Below, in pieces: positions 55,868 through 64,000 of a stretch of DNA of 64,000 nt. The stretch covers positions 135,752 through 199,751 of the forward strand of contig JBGCET010000002.1 of the NCBI GenBank assembly GCA_045106555.1, read 5' to 3'. The number at the start of each line of letters is the position of its first letter. Within the stretch, counting starts at the first letter, position 1. This DNA comes from Lysobacterales bacterium. GTDB taxonomy: Bacteria > Pseudomonadota > Gammaproteobacteria > Xanthomonadales > SZUA-38. The translations under genes were made by a program, and so were the position numbers. The notes beneath the pieces are model-generated. The model was given only the letters and a program-made list of their open reading frames with translations, had not been told where the DNA came from and searched no databases.

Positions 55868-56965
55868 TTAGTCCTGGGTCGAGGGCTGAGCGACATTTAC
55901 CAGCAGTTCGTCTCGTAGCTTGAACGCGCCGGTTGCCGCAATCGTTTCGCCCTGGGACAGCCCTTCGGCAACAAAGGCTTGATTGGCGACAACACCGAAA
56001 AGCTTCACCGCCCGCCGGCTGGCGCGGTAGGCCGCATCAGCGCCCGCTTCCGCGTCTTTGAGGGTAAATACATGAACACCAAACGTGTCCTCGCGGACGG
56101 CTCGGGCCGGTATCACCAGCGCCTGTCGCGGTTCACCGACCACCACAGCCACGGTGACAATAGCGCCCGGAAGGTTTGCCAGTTGAGGGCTGTTTACGCT
56201 GGCTCGCAAGGCCAATGACCGAGAGCCAACGTCGACGCCGGGCGCTCTTGCGATCACCACGGCGGGGAGTTCACCCACCGAGTCGTCAATGATCGTGACC
56301 TCGGTATTCAGCGCGATATTGCCATGGCGCTGGGGAAGGGAAAAATCGACCCACACATCGTCACTCAGTCCAAACAGCGTCGTAATCTCGGTGCCTGCCG
56401 CCAGATAGCCGCCCGCCTCCCAGCGTTCAAGCCCAACCCGCCCGGTGAACGGCGCACGCAACTGCTTCTTGACGATGATGGCCCTGATCCGCTGGGCCTC
56501 TGCCCGCGCGGCATCCCGTTGGGCCAGCGCATTGTCCATCGCCTGACGGGAAATTGCGTTGCCGTCAATCAGGTCCTCGTTGCGAGCCAATGTGCGTTGT
56601 GCCAGTGATTCTTGGGCATTGGCCCCCGCGAGCTGCGCGCGTTCTTCCGATATATCCTGCTGGATCAGCAACTGGCCTTTAGCCACCTGGGCGCCGGCGG
56701 TGAATCCCACCTCCACAATGGCTCCGGCTAACGGGTTTCGAAGCGTAACCGTGCGAACCGGCACAACCTGGCCGACCACCTTTGCCGTTGGAGCGTATTG
56801 CGCCGCCTCAGCAACGGCAGTAACAACGGTCTCAGAGGGCTCGGGGAAGGACTCACCGAAGGCAATGGCGGCGCTGATTTGACCAAACTTAACGAACCCC
56901 AGTCCGGCAACCAGAGCAACCCAGCAGAAAAAGACCAGCAACCATCGACGCAGTGTCAGATTCAT
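55868..56965 (-). CDS. RND periplasmic adaptor (membrane fusion protein)
   Basis: N-terminal anchor, coiled-coil hairpin region, and lipoyl/beta-barrel motifs (LRAPFTGRVG). Lies 8 nt upstream of the RND gene. Confidence 0.85.
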   Translation of the reverse strand: MNLTLRRWLLVFFCWVALVAGLGFVKFGQISAAIAFGESFPEPSETVVTAVAEAAQYAPTAKVVGQVVPVRTVTLRNPLAGAIVEVGFTAGAQVAKGQLLIQQDISEERAQLAGANAQESLAQRTLARNEDLIDGNAISRQAMDNALAQRDAARAEAQRIRAIIVKKQLRAPFTGRVGLERWEAGGYLAAGTEITTLFGLSDDVWVDFSLPQRHGNIALNTEVTIIDDSVGELPAVVIARAPGVDVGSRSLALRASVNSPQLANLPGAIVTVAVVVGEPRQALVIPARAVREDTFGVHVFTLKDAEAGADAAYRASRRAVKLFGVVANQAFVAEGLSQGETIAATGAFKLRDELLVNVAQPSTQD

Positions 56966-57193
56966 CGATCAGCGCTGCCCAAAGTCATGGCCTGATGTCG
57001 GCTGGAGGTGTCGATTATCAGGTCGCTGCTTGGACAATGCATCGGGATGAGTCACCTTGTCGTCGTAGATGTGTGGAGCGTTCGGGCGGATTTCGCCGTA
57101 AGATAACGGACCCACAACGAACCGGCCACTACAATACTACAGCGTCTGTCCAAGTCACCGTTTATCCGCGACCCTGTTCTCATTCCGGGGCTT

Positions 57194-58237
57194 TTGTTGC
57201 TGCTCTCACTGCCTGCGGTTCGAGCGGCGGATCCGCCGGTCCACATTGCTATTGTTGAACAACGCATCATGGGTTCTACGGTCAGTGTGAATGGCACGGT
57301 TACCTCGCCCCGCAGCGCGTTGCTGTCCAGCCCGGTGGCCGGGTTGGTCTCAGCGATCCAGGTCGAGGAGGGTGATCGTGTTGACGAAGGCACCACGCTG
57401 CTGGCTTTGGACGATGAGTTGGCTCAATTGGCCGTGGACCAGGCTGAAGCCGAAGTTCACCAACGCACAGCGGAACTTGATGACGCAAAACGCCGTCTTG
57501 CTCAGGCCCAAACTGTTGGCGCCAAGCGGGGTATTGCTCAAAACGATATCGACGCGCTAGCGGCAGAAGTGGTATCCGACACGGCGGTGTTGTCAGCGGC
57601 CACTGTGACGTTCCGCCGCCAGCAGGCGTTAATGAGTCGACACACTATCAAGGCGCCGTTCAATGGTGCCATCAGTGAGCGCCTGGTTGAGCTGGGTGAG
57701 TGGGTGAACCCGGGTAACGGTGTATTGCGTTTGGTGATGACTGAAAATCTTCGCTTTGATTTTCAGGTGGGGCAAGATTACTACTCGCAGATTGCCAAAG
57801 GCGCTGGCATGACAATTTCCCTGGATGCGATTCCCGGCCAAACGTTTCCCGGCCAGGTTGTCGCTATTGTGCCGGTGAAAGATCCCAGTGCCAGAACGTT
57901 TCTGGTGCGTGCTCGCCTGAACCCGCTCAATGATCGCAGCAACGCCATCATTACCCCCGGAATGTCTGCTACCGGCTTGCTGGCATTGGGAGACCGCAGC
58001 CGCAAGCTGGTGATTCCGCGAGACGCCATTGTTCGATTTCCTGACGGCGGGGTGACGGTCTGGGTGGTGGATACCGAGACACAACCGCCCACGGTCAACG
58101 AACGGCGTGTGGCCACTGGCGTCAAATTCGATGGCATGGTGGAAATTCCCACGGGTCTATCCGCTGGCGAGGCTGTCGTGGTGCTGGGTAACGAGACGCT
58201 GCAGGCCGGACAGGCCGTCACCCTGGCCCCGCAATAA
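57194..58237 (+). CDS. RND periplasmic adaptor (membrane fusion protein), second system
   Basis: Coiled-coil region and IKAPFNGAISER. The stop overlaps the downstream RND start. The 5' end is uncertain: TTG 57194, with the frame open from 57107. Confidence 0.8.
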   Translation: MLLLSLPAVRAADPPVHIAIVEQRIMGSTVSVNGTVTSPRSALLSSPVAGLVSAIQVEEGDRVDEGTTLLALDDELAQLAVDQAEAEVHQRTAELDDAKRRLAQAQTVGAKRGIAQNDIDALAAEVVSDTAVLSAATVTFRRQQALMSRHTIKAPFNGAISERLVELGEWVNPGNGVLRLVMTENLRFDFQVGQDYYSQIAKGAGMTISLDAIPGQTFPGQVVAIVPVKDPSARTFLVRARLNPLNDRSNAIITPGMSATGLLALGDRSRKLVIPRDAIVRFPDGGVTVWVVDTETQPPTVNERRVATGVKFDGMVEIPTGLSAGEAVVVLGNETLQAGQAVTLAPQ

Positions 58238-61200
58238 TGTTTGAAGCCATAGTCAGAAACGGCATTCTGATGACGGTGGCCGCACTGATAGTTTGTGTCC
58301 TTGGCCTGTTGGCAGCGTTTCGTGTGCCTGTTCAGATGATTCCCGATCTAGAGGTTCGAACCGTATCGATTCGGACCGCCTGGCCGGGCGCAACGCCCCA
58401 GGACGTAGAAAAAGAAATTTTGATCGAGCAGGAAGAGTACCTGCGGGCATTGCCAAACCTGCAGCGACTAGAATCGTCCGCCAGCAGCGGCAGCGCGGTG
58501 ATCGAGCTGGATTTCCCCTTTGGCGTTGACATGACGCAGACGCTGATCGCGGTGAATAACGCGCTTAACCAGGTTCCGACTTACCCGGAAAATGTGGATG
58601 AGCCTCGGGTATTCGCCAATTCGTTTTCGGCAAACTCGTTCATGTATTTCGGTATCGGGCCGCTGCCGGGCAATCCGCAAAACGTCGACATGGACATGAT
58701 GCGGGATTTCGTCCAGGACAATGTGCGGACCCGCTTGTCAGGCGTTCCCGGGGTGTCTCTGGTCAACATTGGCGGTGGTGCAGAACGTCAAATTCGAATT
58801 CTTCTTGATGCCGTGCGTCTGGCCGACCGGGGTTTGACCATTGCCAACGTTCGAGACGCCATTCGGTCTCGCAATCGGGATATTTCCGGGGGGGATATCA
58901 GCGGCGGAAAACGCCGTTACCTGCTGCGAACCATGGGTCGTTTCGACTCTCTCGAGTCTTTACGCGAGCTGATTATTGAGCAACGGGGAGATGCGCTGAT
59001 TCGCCTACGCGATGTGGCTACGGTGGAGCTGGATCATTCCGAAGTGGACACGCTCGCATACCTGAATGGTCAGCCGGTTCTGTTTACCTCGGTGAGTCGC
59101 GAGGCCGGTTCTAACGTCATCGATATCAAATACGCCATGTTCGATGCGGTGGAAGAGGTTACACGCGATCTCCTGATTCCCAGGGGCATGACGATGCAGT
59201 TGATTGCAGAGGACGCGGGGTATGTCGAGGCGTCCATTGCCAACGTTTGGCTCAACCTGTCATTGGGGGCGCTGTTTGCCACCCTGGTGATGTTTGCATT
59301 CTTGCGTTCGGCGAAGGCCACGCTCGTTGGCGTATTGGGCATCCCGGTTTGCACCATAGCGGCGTTCCTTGGGTTGTTGGCTGCTGGTCGAACCATTAAC
59401 GTCATTTCCCTGGCGGGGGTGGCGTTTGCCATCGGCATGACGCTGGATAACAGCATCGTGGTGATCGAAGCCATTGAGCTCAAACGCCGGCAGGGCCTGG
59501 ATCGATTCAAGGCGGCGGTTGAAGGCGTGCGCAGCGTTTGGTCTGCGGTTCTGGCCTCCACCCTGACCACGGTGCTGGTTTTCCTGCCGGTGCTGTTTAT
59601 CAAGGAAGAGGCCGGTCAGCTGTATTCTGACGTGGCCATTGCGGTGTCGGCGGCGATTGCGGCATCCATGCTGGTTGCCACCACCTTGATCCCCACCGCC
59701 AGCGCTCGGCTGTCATTTGGCACTGAACATCGGTCAGCCGCCGGCAGCGGCGACGGGGTGCTTAGGATGATCAACCGCCTGATTGGGTCTGCACGTCGCC
59801 GCTGGATCACTGTTGTTACCTCCGTAACTGCCAGTCTGGCGGTGATTGTGTTGTTGACGCCATCGGCTGAATACTTGCCCGAGGGTGAGGAGCCGAAGGC
59901 ATTTGCCGTTATGAGCGCGCCGCCGGGATATAACCTGGAGACGATGCGTGAAATCGGCCTTGAACTGCAAAGCCTGTTGCTGCCGCATGTGAATGCTGAT
60001 CCGGCAAATTTTGATCGGGGAGAAAGCCCTTTTCCGCCGATCAAGTACCTCAACACCCGGTTTGTCGCAGACAGCATACGGGTGATTTCCGAGCCGGTCA
60101 GGGACAACGACATTGAAGCCCTCATGAGCGCGTTAACGGAGCGTTTTGGACAATACCCTGGGATGCGTGGGTTTGCTGCCCGTGGGTCAATTATTTCCAG
60201 CAATGATGGCGGTACTCGCAGTATCAATCTGGATGTCTCTGGCCCCAGCCTGGCGGTAGTGTATGACGCTGCGCTCACCACGTACCGCCGAGCGCAAGAG
60301 GTGCTGGGCAATCCGCGAATTCAAACCAGTCCATCGGCTCTGTCCCTGTCCCAGCCTTTGCTGGAGATCCACCCGAACTGGGCACGGGCAGCAGAGTTGG
60401 GATTGAGTGTCGGCGAGGTGGGTTATGCGATAGCGGCGCTGACCGACGGTGCATTTGTGGACGAGTACTTTGAAGACGACAACAAGCTGGACATTTATCT
60501 TTACGATTCCAGTGGCGGTAACGTTGACGTCGACAGCCTGTCCGAATTGCCTATCGTGATGCCCCAGGGCAACAGTTTGCCACTGGCGGCCATCGCTGAT
60601 ATCCGACAGACGGTGGACAGCAACACCATTCGTCGGATTAACGGCCAACGAACGGTGACGTTAAACGTGATTCCTCCCGCTTCCATTGCGTTGGAAGATG
60701 GCGTAGACATTGTTCGCCGCGATGTTGTGCAATATTTGCGGGAAACCGGCGACCTGCCACCGGAGGTCAATATGACGATTTCCGGTGCCAGCGATCAACT
60801 GGACGCCACCCGTGTCGCACTGGCAACGAATCTGCCCGTGGCGCTCATTATTGTGTTCTTGCTGTTGGTCGCCATCTTTAAACACTGGGGTTATCCGCTG
60901 TTGATCATGACGACAATCCCGCTGGGCATCGCAGGCGGTATTGTTGGCTTGGCATTGCTGAACCTGCTGGGGGCCGCCATGGGCGCATTGGGTTTACCTG
61001 CGGTGAGGCAGCCGTTTGACATGATTTCGATGCTGGGATTTCTCATCTTGATGGGTACCGTTGTCAACAATCCAATCTTGATTGTGGACCGAGCCATTGC
61101 CAACATGAAAGACAGCAACATGGGCGCCCTTGGCGCGGTTCAGGAAGCGATCCGGTCACGCCTGCGCCCCATCGCGATGTCTACACTGACCACCGTTTGT

Positions 61201-61368
61201 GGCCTTTCCCCGCTGGTTTTCATTCCGGGTGCAGGCACCGAGCTGTATCGTGGCGTCGGCGTTATTGTGTTGTTCGGCATTCTTGGCGCAGCCGTGGTTT
61301 CTGTCACCATGCTGCCAGCCCTGACGGTATCGGTGCTGAGCGCAAGCCGTCCGAAACCGGCCCGCTGA
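58237..61368 (+). CDS. RND efflux transporter permease, second system
   Basis: 1043 aa with AcrB-type topology. The ATG overlaps the adaptor stop (TAATG). Confidence 0.92.
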   Translation: MFEAIVRNGILMTVAALIVCVLGLLAAFRVPVQMIPDLEVRTVSIRTAWPGATPQDVEKEILIEQEEYLRALPNLQRLESSASSGSAVIELDFPFGVDMTQTLIAVNNALNQVPTYPENVDEPRVFANSFSANSFMYFGIGPLPGNPQNVDMDMMRDFVQDNVRTRLSGVPGVSLVNIGGGAERQIRILLDAVRLADRGLTIANVRDAIRSRNRDISGGDISGGKRRYLLRTMGRFDSLESLRELIIEQRGDALIRLRDVATVELDHSEVDTLAYLNGQPVLFTSVSREAGSNVIDIKYAMFDAVEEVTRDLLIPRGMTMQLIAEDAGYVEASIANVWLNLSLGALFATLVMFAFLRSAKATLVGVLGIPVCTIAAFLGLLAAGRTINVISLAGVAFAIGMTLDNSIVVIEAIELKRRQGLDRFKAAVEGVRSVWSAVLASTLTTVLVFLPVLFIKEEAGQLYSDVAIAVSAAIAASMLVATTLIPTASARLSFGTEHRSAAGSGDGVLRMINRLIGSARRRWITVVTSVTASLAVIVLLTPSAEYLPEGEEPKAFAVMSAPPGYNLETMREIGLELQSLLLPHVNADPANFDRGESPFPPIKYLNTRFVADSIRVISEPVRDNDIEALMSALTERFGQYPGMRGFAARGSIISSNDGGTRSINLDVSGPSLAVVYDAALTTYRRAQEVLGNPRIQTSPSALSLSQPLLEIHPNWARAAELGLSVGEVGYAIAALTDGAFVDEYFEDDNKLDIYLYDSSGGNVDVDSLSELPIVMPQGNSLPLAAIADIRQTVDSNTIRRINGQRTVTLNVIPPASIALEDGVDIVRRDVVQYLRETGDLPPEVNMTISGASDQLDATRVALATNLPVALIIVFLLLVAIFKHWGYPLLIMTTIPLGIAGGIVGLALLNLLGAAMGALGLPAVRQPFDMISMLGFLILMGTVVNNPILIVDRAIANMKDSNMGALGAVQEAIRSRLRPIAMSTLTTVCGLSPLVFIPGAGTELYRGVGVIVLFGILGAAVVSVTMLPALTVSVLSASRPKPAR

Positions 61369-61369
61369 A

Positions 61370-63700
61370 TTGCCTGCTTCTAACCCTTCAGCCACGACGC
61401 AGCGCCAGGCGCTGGATCTTTTCTACCAATGCCTTGAACGCCCGGAGGAAGATCGTCGCGGCTGGCTCGAAAGTCAGTGTCGCGAGCACCCTGAGCTGCT
61501 GGCGATTGTGCTCAAGCTGCTGGTCGCCGATCAAATCGACGATACGGTGCTGGATCACCCAGTGCGCAACACAGTCCAAGCCGCTGCCGGGGATCGTACG
61601 GGCCCCTTTGAGCTGATCGAGGAGATCGGTGCCGGCGGCGCGGGTCGGGTTTTTCGGGCGCGCCGAGCTGATGGTGAGTTTGAGCAGGAAGTGGCAGTAA
61701 AACTGTTTGAAACTCAAAGCCTTCGGGGCCCGTTGCTGGAACGGTTTCACGCTGAGCGCCAGATCCTGGCCAGTCTTGAGCATCCGGGCATCGCCCGCTT
61801 GATCGACGGCGGCACCGCGGACAACGGCTTGCCTTATGTTGCCATGGAGCTAATTCGCGGCCATCCCATTACCACCTACTGCGCAAACGAGCAGCTGGAT
61901 ATCGCGGATCGCTTGGCGCTGATTCAACGCGTGTGTGACGCGCTGGAAGTAGCCCATGGACGCGGCATTGTTCATCGCGATATTAAGCCTGGCAACGTGT
62001 TGGTCGGAGAAGACGGGGAGCCCAAGATTATTGATTTTGGCATCGCCAAAGTGATGGACCCATTGGCGTTAGGTTTGCCTGACTCCAAAACCCTCACACG
62101 ATTTCAAGCATTAACTCCGGAATACGCCAGTCCGGAGCAAGTGCGGGGCGAGACGGTGGGGTTAACCACCGACGTGTACTCATTGGGGGTGTTGGCCTAC
62201 GAGATCTTGACCGGCGTTCGTCCGTATCAAATTTCCACCTTGACGCCGGCAGAAGTTGAACGCACGGTATGTCACAGTATTCCCGATGATCCCAGCGTCA
62301 GAGTTTCGCGACGGCGCTCGGCACCACCGCTGGGCCTCAGTGACATTAGGGATCTAACAGGGAAGCTGCGCGGCGATGTGGATCGCATTGTCATGACGGC
62401 GCTGCACAAAGAGCCTGCCGGTCGTTATCGATCAGCGGCGGCGCTATCTCGAGATATAGAGCGCTATTTGTCGGGCCATCCCGTGCAGGCGCGAGGGGCG
62501 TCTAAACTCTATCGCGCTGGAAAATTTCTTCAGCGCAATCGAACGGTTTCGCTGTCGCTGGCAACAGTGCTGTTGGCGCTGTCGGTGGCTTTGGTCAGCG
62601 TCTCGCGAAGTGCCCAGAAAGCTCGCCAGGAGGCCGATAGAGCCGAAGCGGCGCGGTCATTTTTGTTTGATATGGTGGCCAAGTCCGATCCATTTACCAG
62701 TGGTGGGGACAAGACCCTGTCTGACGCCGTCGATGAGGCGATTGAGTCTATCGACAGCCAGTTTGCCGAGCAGCCGGATATTGAGGCGGAATTGCGCTAC
62801 ACCCTGGGTAATGCGCTTTCCAGCCAGGCCAAATACGACAGTGCCAAGGTTCAGCTGCAGCTTGCGCTGGACTACTTTCAGGTGCACGGGCCGATTCAGA
62901 AAGAGGCGTTGACCCTAACATCTATCGCCAGGATTTTGTGGGAAGACGGTGACTATGAGGCGGCCCGGACGCAGTATGAAACGGCCATTAAATTAGTGGA
63001 TGCTGATCCGGCGCCTGAGGCGCAGACCATTACCGTTGAGATCATGAGCGACCTGGCGGGGCTGTTGCCCCACTTGGAGCAGCAGATTGAAGCCATAGCT
63101 CTGGCCCAGGAGGCCCTCGGTCGGGTCGATCAGGGAGTCAACCTTGAACCGTTGAACCGGGCAATACTGTACAACAACCTGGCCGTCGCTTTTGATTTCA
63201 ATGAACAGTACGAAGAATCTATCAACGCCTACGAAAAGAGTATTTCTTTCCACCGGACAGCCGGCCCTGCGCACCCAGACCTGGCAATAGCGATCAACAA
63301 CGTCGCCCAGACCTACGAACTGGTGGGCAACATGGACGCAGCATTGGCCAAATCCGAAGAAGCCTACCGCATGGTTGAGGAAATCTTGGGTGACGCCCAT
63401 ACCGAAACGTTGCTGATTCGACATAACCTGGGCAGCTTGATGATTAACGCTGGGAAATTTGAAGCGGCTGCGACTCATTTGATCGAAGCGGCAAAGGGTG
63501 CGGAACTCGGCTACGGCGGGGATCACCTGTATACGGGCAGGTTCCGATACAAAGCTGCCTTGGCCCTGCACAAGCTCGGCCAACTCCATGCAGCGCGAAA
63601 GCACGCTGTCAGAGCAAGGGAAATTTACGCCATCAATGACGACGTACCTGAGTCGTGGCTGCAAGACTTGCAAGACCTGACCGTCTCGTTGAATCAGTAA
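61370..63700 (+). CDS. Hanks-type Ser/Thr protein kinase with one TM helix and a C-terminal TPR-repeat domain
   Basis: G-loop IGAGGAGRVF, VAVKL, HRDIKPGNVLV, IIDFGIAK and YASPEQ. TM helix VSLSLATVLLALSVALVSV, followed by TPR-like repeats. The TTG start lies 2 nt after the RND stop. Confidence 0.85.
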   Translation: MPASNPSATTQRQALDLFYQCLERPEEDRRGWLESQCREHPELLAIVLKLLVADQIDDTVLDHPVRNTVQAAAGDRTGPFELIEEIGAGGAGRVFRARRADGEFEQEVAVKLFETQSLRGPLLERFHAERQILASLEHPGIARLIDGGTADNGLPYVAMELIRGHPITTYCANEQLDIADRLALIQRVCDALEVAHGRGIVHRDIKPGNVLVGEDGEPKIIDFGIAKVMDPLALGLPDSKTLTRFQALTPEYASPEQVRGETVGLTTDVYSLGVLAYEILTGVRPYQISTLTPAEVERTVCHSIPDDPSVRVSRRRSAPPLGLSDIRDLTGKLRGDVDRIVMTALHKEPAGRYRSAAALSRDIERYLSGHPVQARGASKLYRAGKFLQRNRTVSLSLATVLLALSVALVSVSRSAQKARQEADRAEAARSFLFDMVAKSDPFTSGGDKTLSDAVDEAIESIDSQFAEQPDIEAELRYTLGNALSSQAKYDSAKVQLQLALDYFQVHGPIQKEALTLTSIARILWEDGDYEAARTQYETAIKLVDADPAPEAQTITVEIMSDLAGLLPHLEQQIEAIALAQEALGRVDQGVNLEPLNRAILYNNLAVAFDFNEQYEESINAYEKSISFHRTAGPAHPDLAIAINNVAQTYELVGNMDAALAKSEEAYRMVEEILGDAHTETLLIRHNLGSLMINAGKFEAAATHLIEAAKGAELGYGGDHLYTGRFRYKAALALHKLGQLHAARKHAVRAREIYAINDDVPESWLQDLQDLTVSLNQ

Positions 63701-63763
63701 GCGAAGGGTTTTTCCGTTAAGCCTCTACCTTAAGTATTTTCCTTAGACACGGACCGGGGAAAA

Positions 63764-63789
63764 CACTGCCCGCGGTGACGCGGGCAGTG
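63764..63789. terminator. Perfect 11-bp stem-loop CACTGCCCGCG-GTGA-CGCGGGCAGTG; likely terminator of the minus-strand MscS-family gene, possibly bidirectional
   Basis: Read directly from the sequence. On the minus strand the hairpin is followed by TTTTCCCC. Confidence 0.5.
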
Positions 63790-63819
63790 GGGCGTTGCTG
63801 TAGAGAGGTGACGCGTTGG

Positions 63820-64000
63820 TTAGTCCTTGTGCTCAAACACATGAACATCCCGCTGGGGAAACGGAATGCTGATGCCTGCCGCATCCAGCGCTTTCTTCAC
63901 TCGCTCATTGATGTCGTGGGATGCAGGCGGGTACTTTGCCGCCTCCACCCAAGGTCGAACGGCGAGGTTAACGCTGCTGTCGCCAAGCTCCGACACAGTG
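63820..64000 (-). CDS. MscS-family mechanosensitive channel, C-terminal fragment; the 5' end lies beyond the window
   Basis: Own translation of the minus strand: TVSELGDSSVNLAVRPWVEAAKYPPASHDINERVKKALDAAGISIPFPQRDVHVFEHKD*. This parallels the E. coli MscS C-terminus (ELGASSINFVVRVW...DAAGISFPYPQMDV). It is absent from the ORF track because it has no start codon in the window. Confidence 0.85.
   Translation of the reverse strand, partial: TVSELGDSSVNLAVRPWVEAAKYPPASHDINERVKKALDAAGISIPFPQRDVHVFEHKD

Noticed and set aside
1-64000. A window-wide look for mobile elements, CRISPR arrays, tRNA or rRNA genes, reverse transcriptases, restriction-modification or other defence genes, and toxin-antitoxin pairs.
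   Set aside because: No integrase, transposase, recombinase, nuclease-helicase or methyltransferase signatures appear in any frame. There are no regularly spaced repeats and no intergenic region large or structured enough for a tRNA or rRNA. The housekeeping genes purT and hutFC are interspersed throughout. The window looks like ordinary but accessory-rich chromosome rather than an island.

Overview
This is a 64-kb chromosomal segment from a moderately GC-rich Gram-negative bacterium. It is probably a marine gammaproteobacterium, inferred from Pseudomonas-type HutF/HutC, an E. coli-like PurT, and many lipobox and Tat signal peptides. The window is almost entirely coding, with about 50 genes on both strands. 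Many junctions are translationally coupled (ATGA, GTGA or TGATG overlaps), which defines the operons. I recognised no rRNA, tRNA, CRISPR array, IS element, integrase, phage gene or known defence gene.

Gene content from left to right:
- hutF (3' fragment) and hutC.
- Assorted redox and transport genes: a QueG/RdhA-like Fe-S protein, NmrA, MFS transporters and an FAD monooxygenase.
- An SDR / Na+:solute symporter / micro-ORF / cyclase operon, divergent from a HisD paralogue.
- A five-gene operon that places an Amt ammonium transporter inside an atypical CheA-like kinase / CheY / CheX phosphorelay, followed by an orphan ORF. A propeller-GGDEF-EAL + HDOD operon lies convergent to it.
- An SDR, a hybrid histidine kinase and an MFS transporter.
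- A long minus-strand catabolic cluster: Tat amine oxidase, VOC-like protein, alpha/beta-fold protein, IclR, alpha/beta-fold protein, amidohydrolase.
- A periplasmic module with a second Tat amine oxidase, two CpcT/CpeT-like proteins, an FGE-like protein, a lipoprotein cytochrome c and DUF1330.
- A TetR-controlled ABC system whose permease is fused to an M1 zinc-peptidase domain.
- A hybrid kinase followed by a lysyl endopeptidase, then a second M1 lipoprotein peptidase.
- purT, an MFS transporter and a small lipoprotein.
- Two head-to-head MFP-RND efflux pairs, one followed by a translationally coupled Ser/Thr kinase with TPR repeats.
- The 3' end of an MscS-family gene.

The strongest candidates for an uncharacterised system are (i) the Amt-containing CheA-like/CheY/CheX operon at 11.7-16.2 kb and (ii) the tetR / ABC ATPase / permease::M1-peptidase operon at 38.2-43.3 kb. 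All family assignments come from motif recognition by eye, not from database searches.
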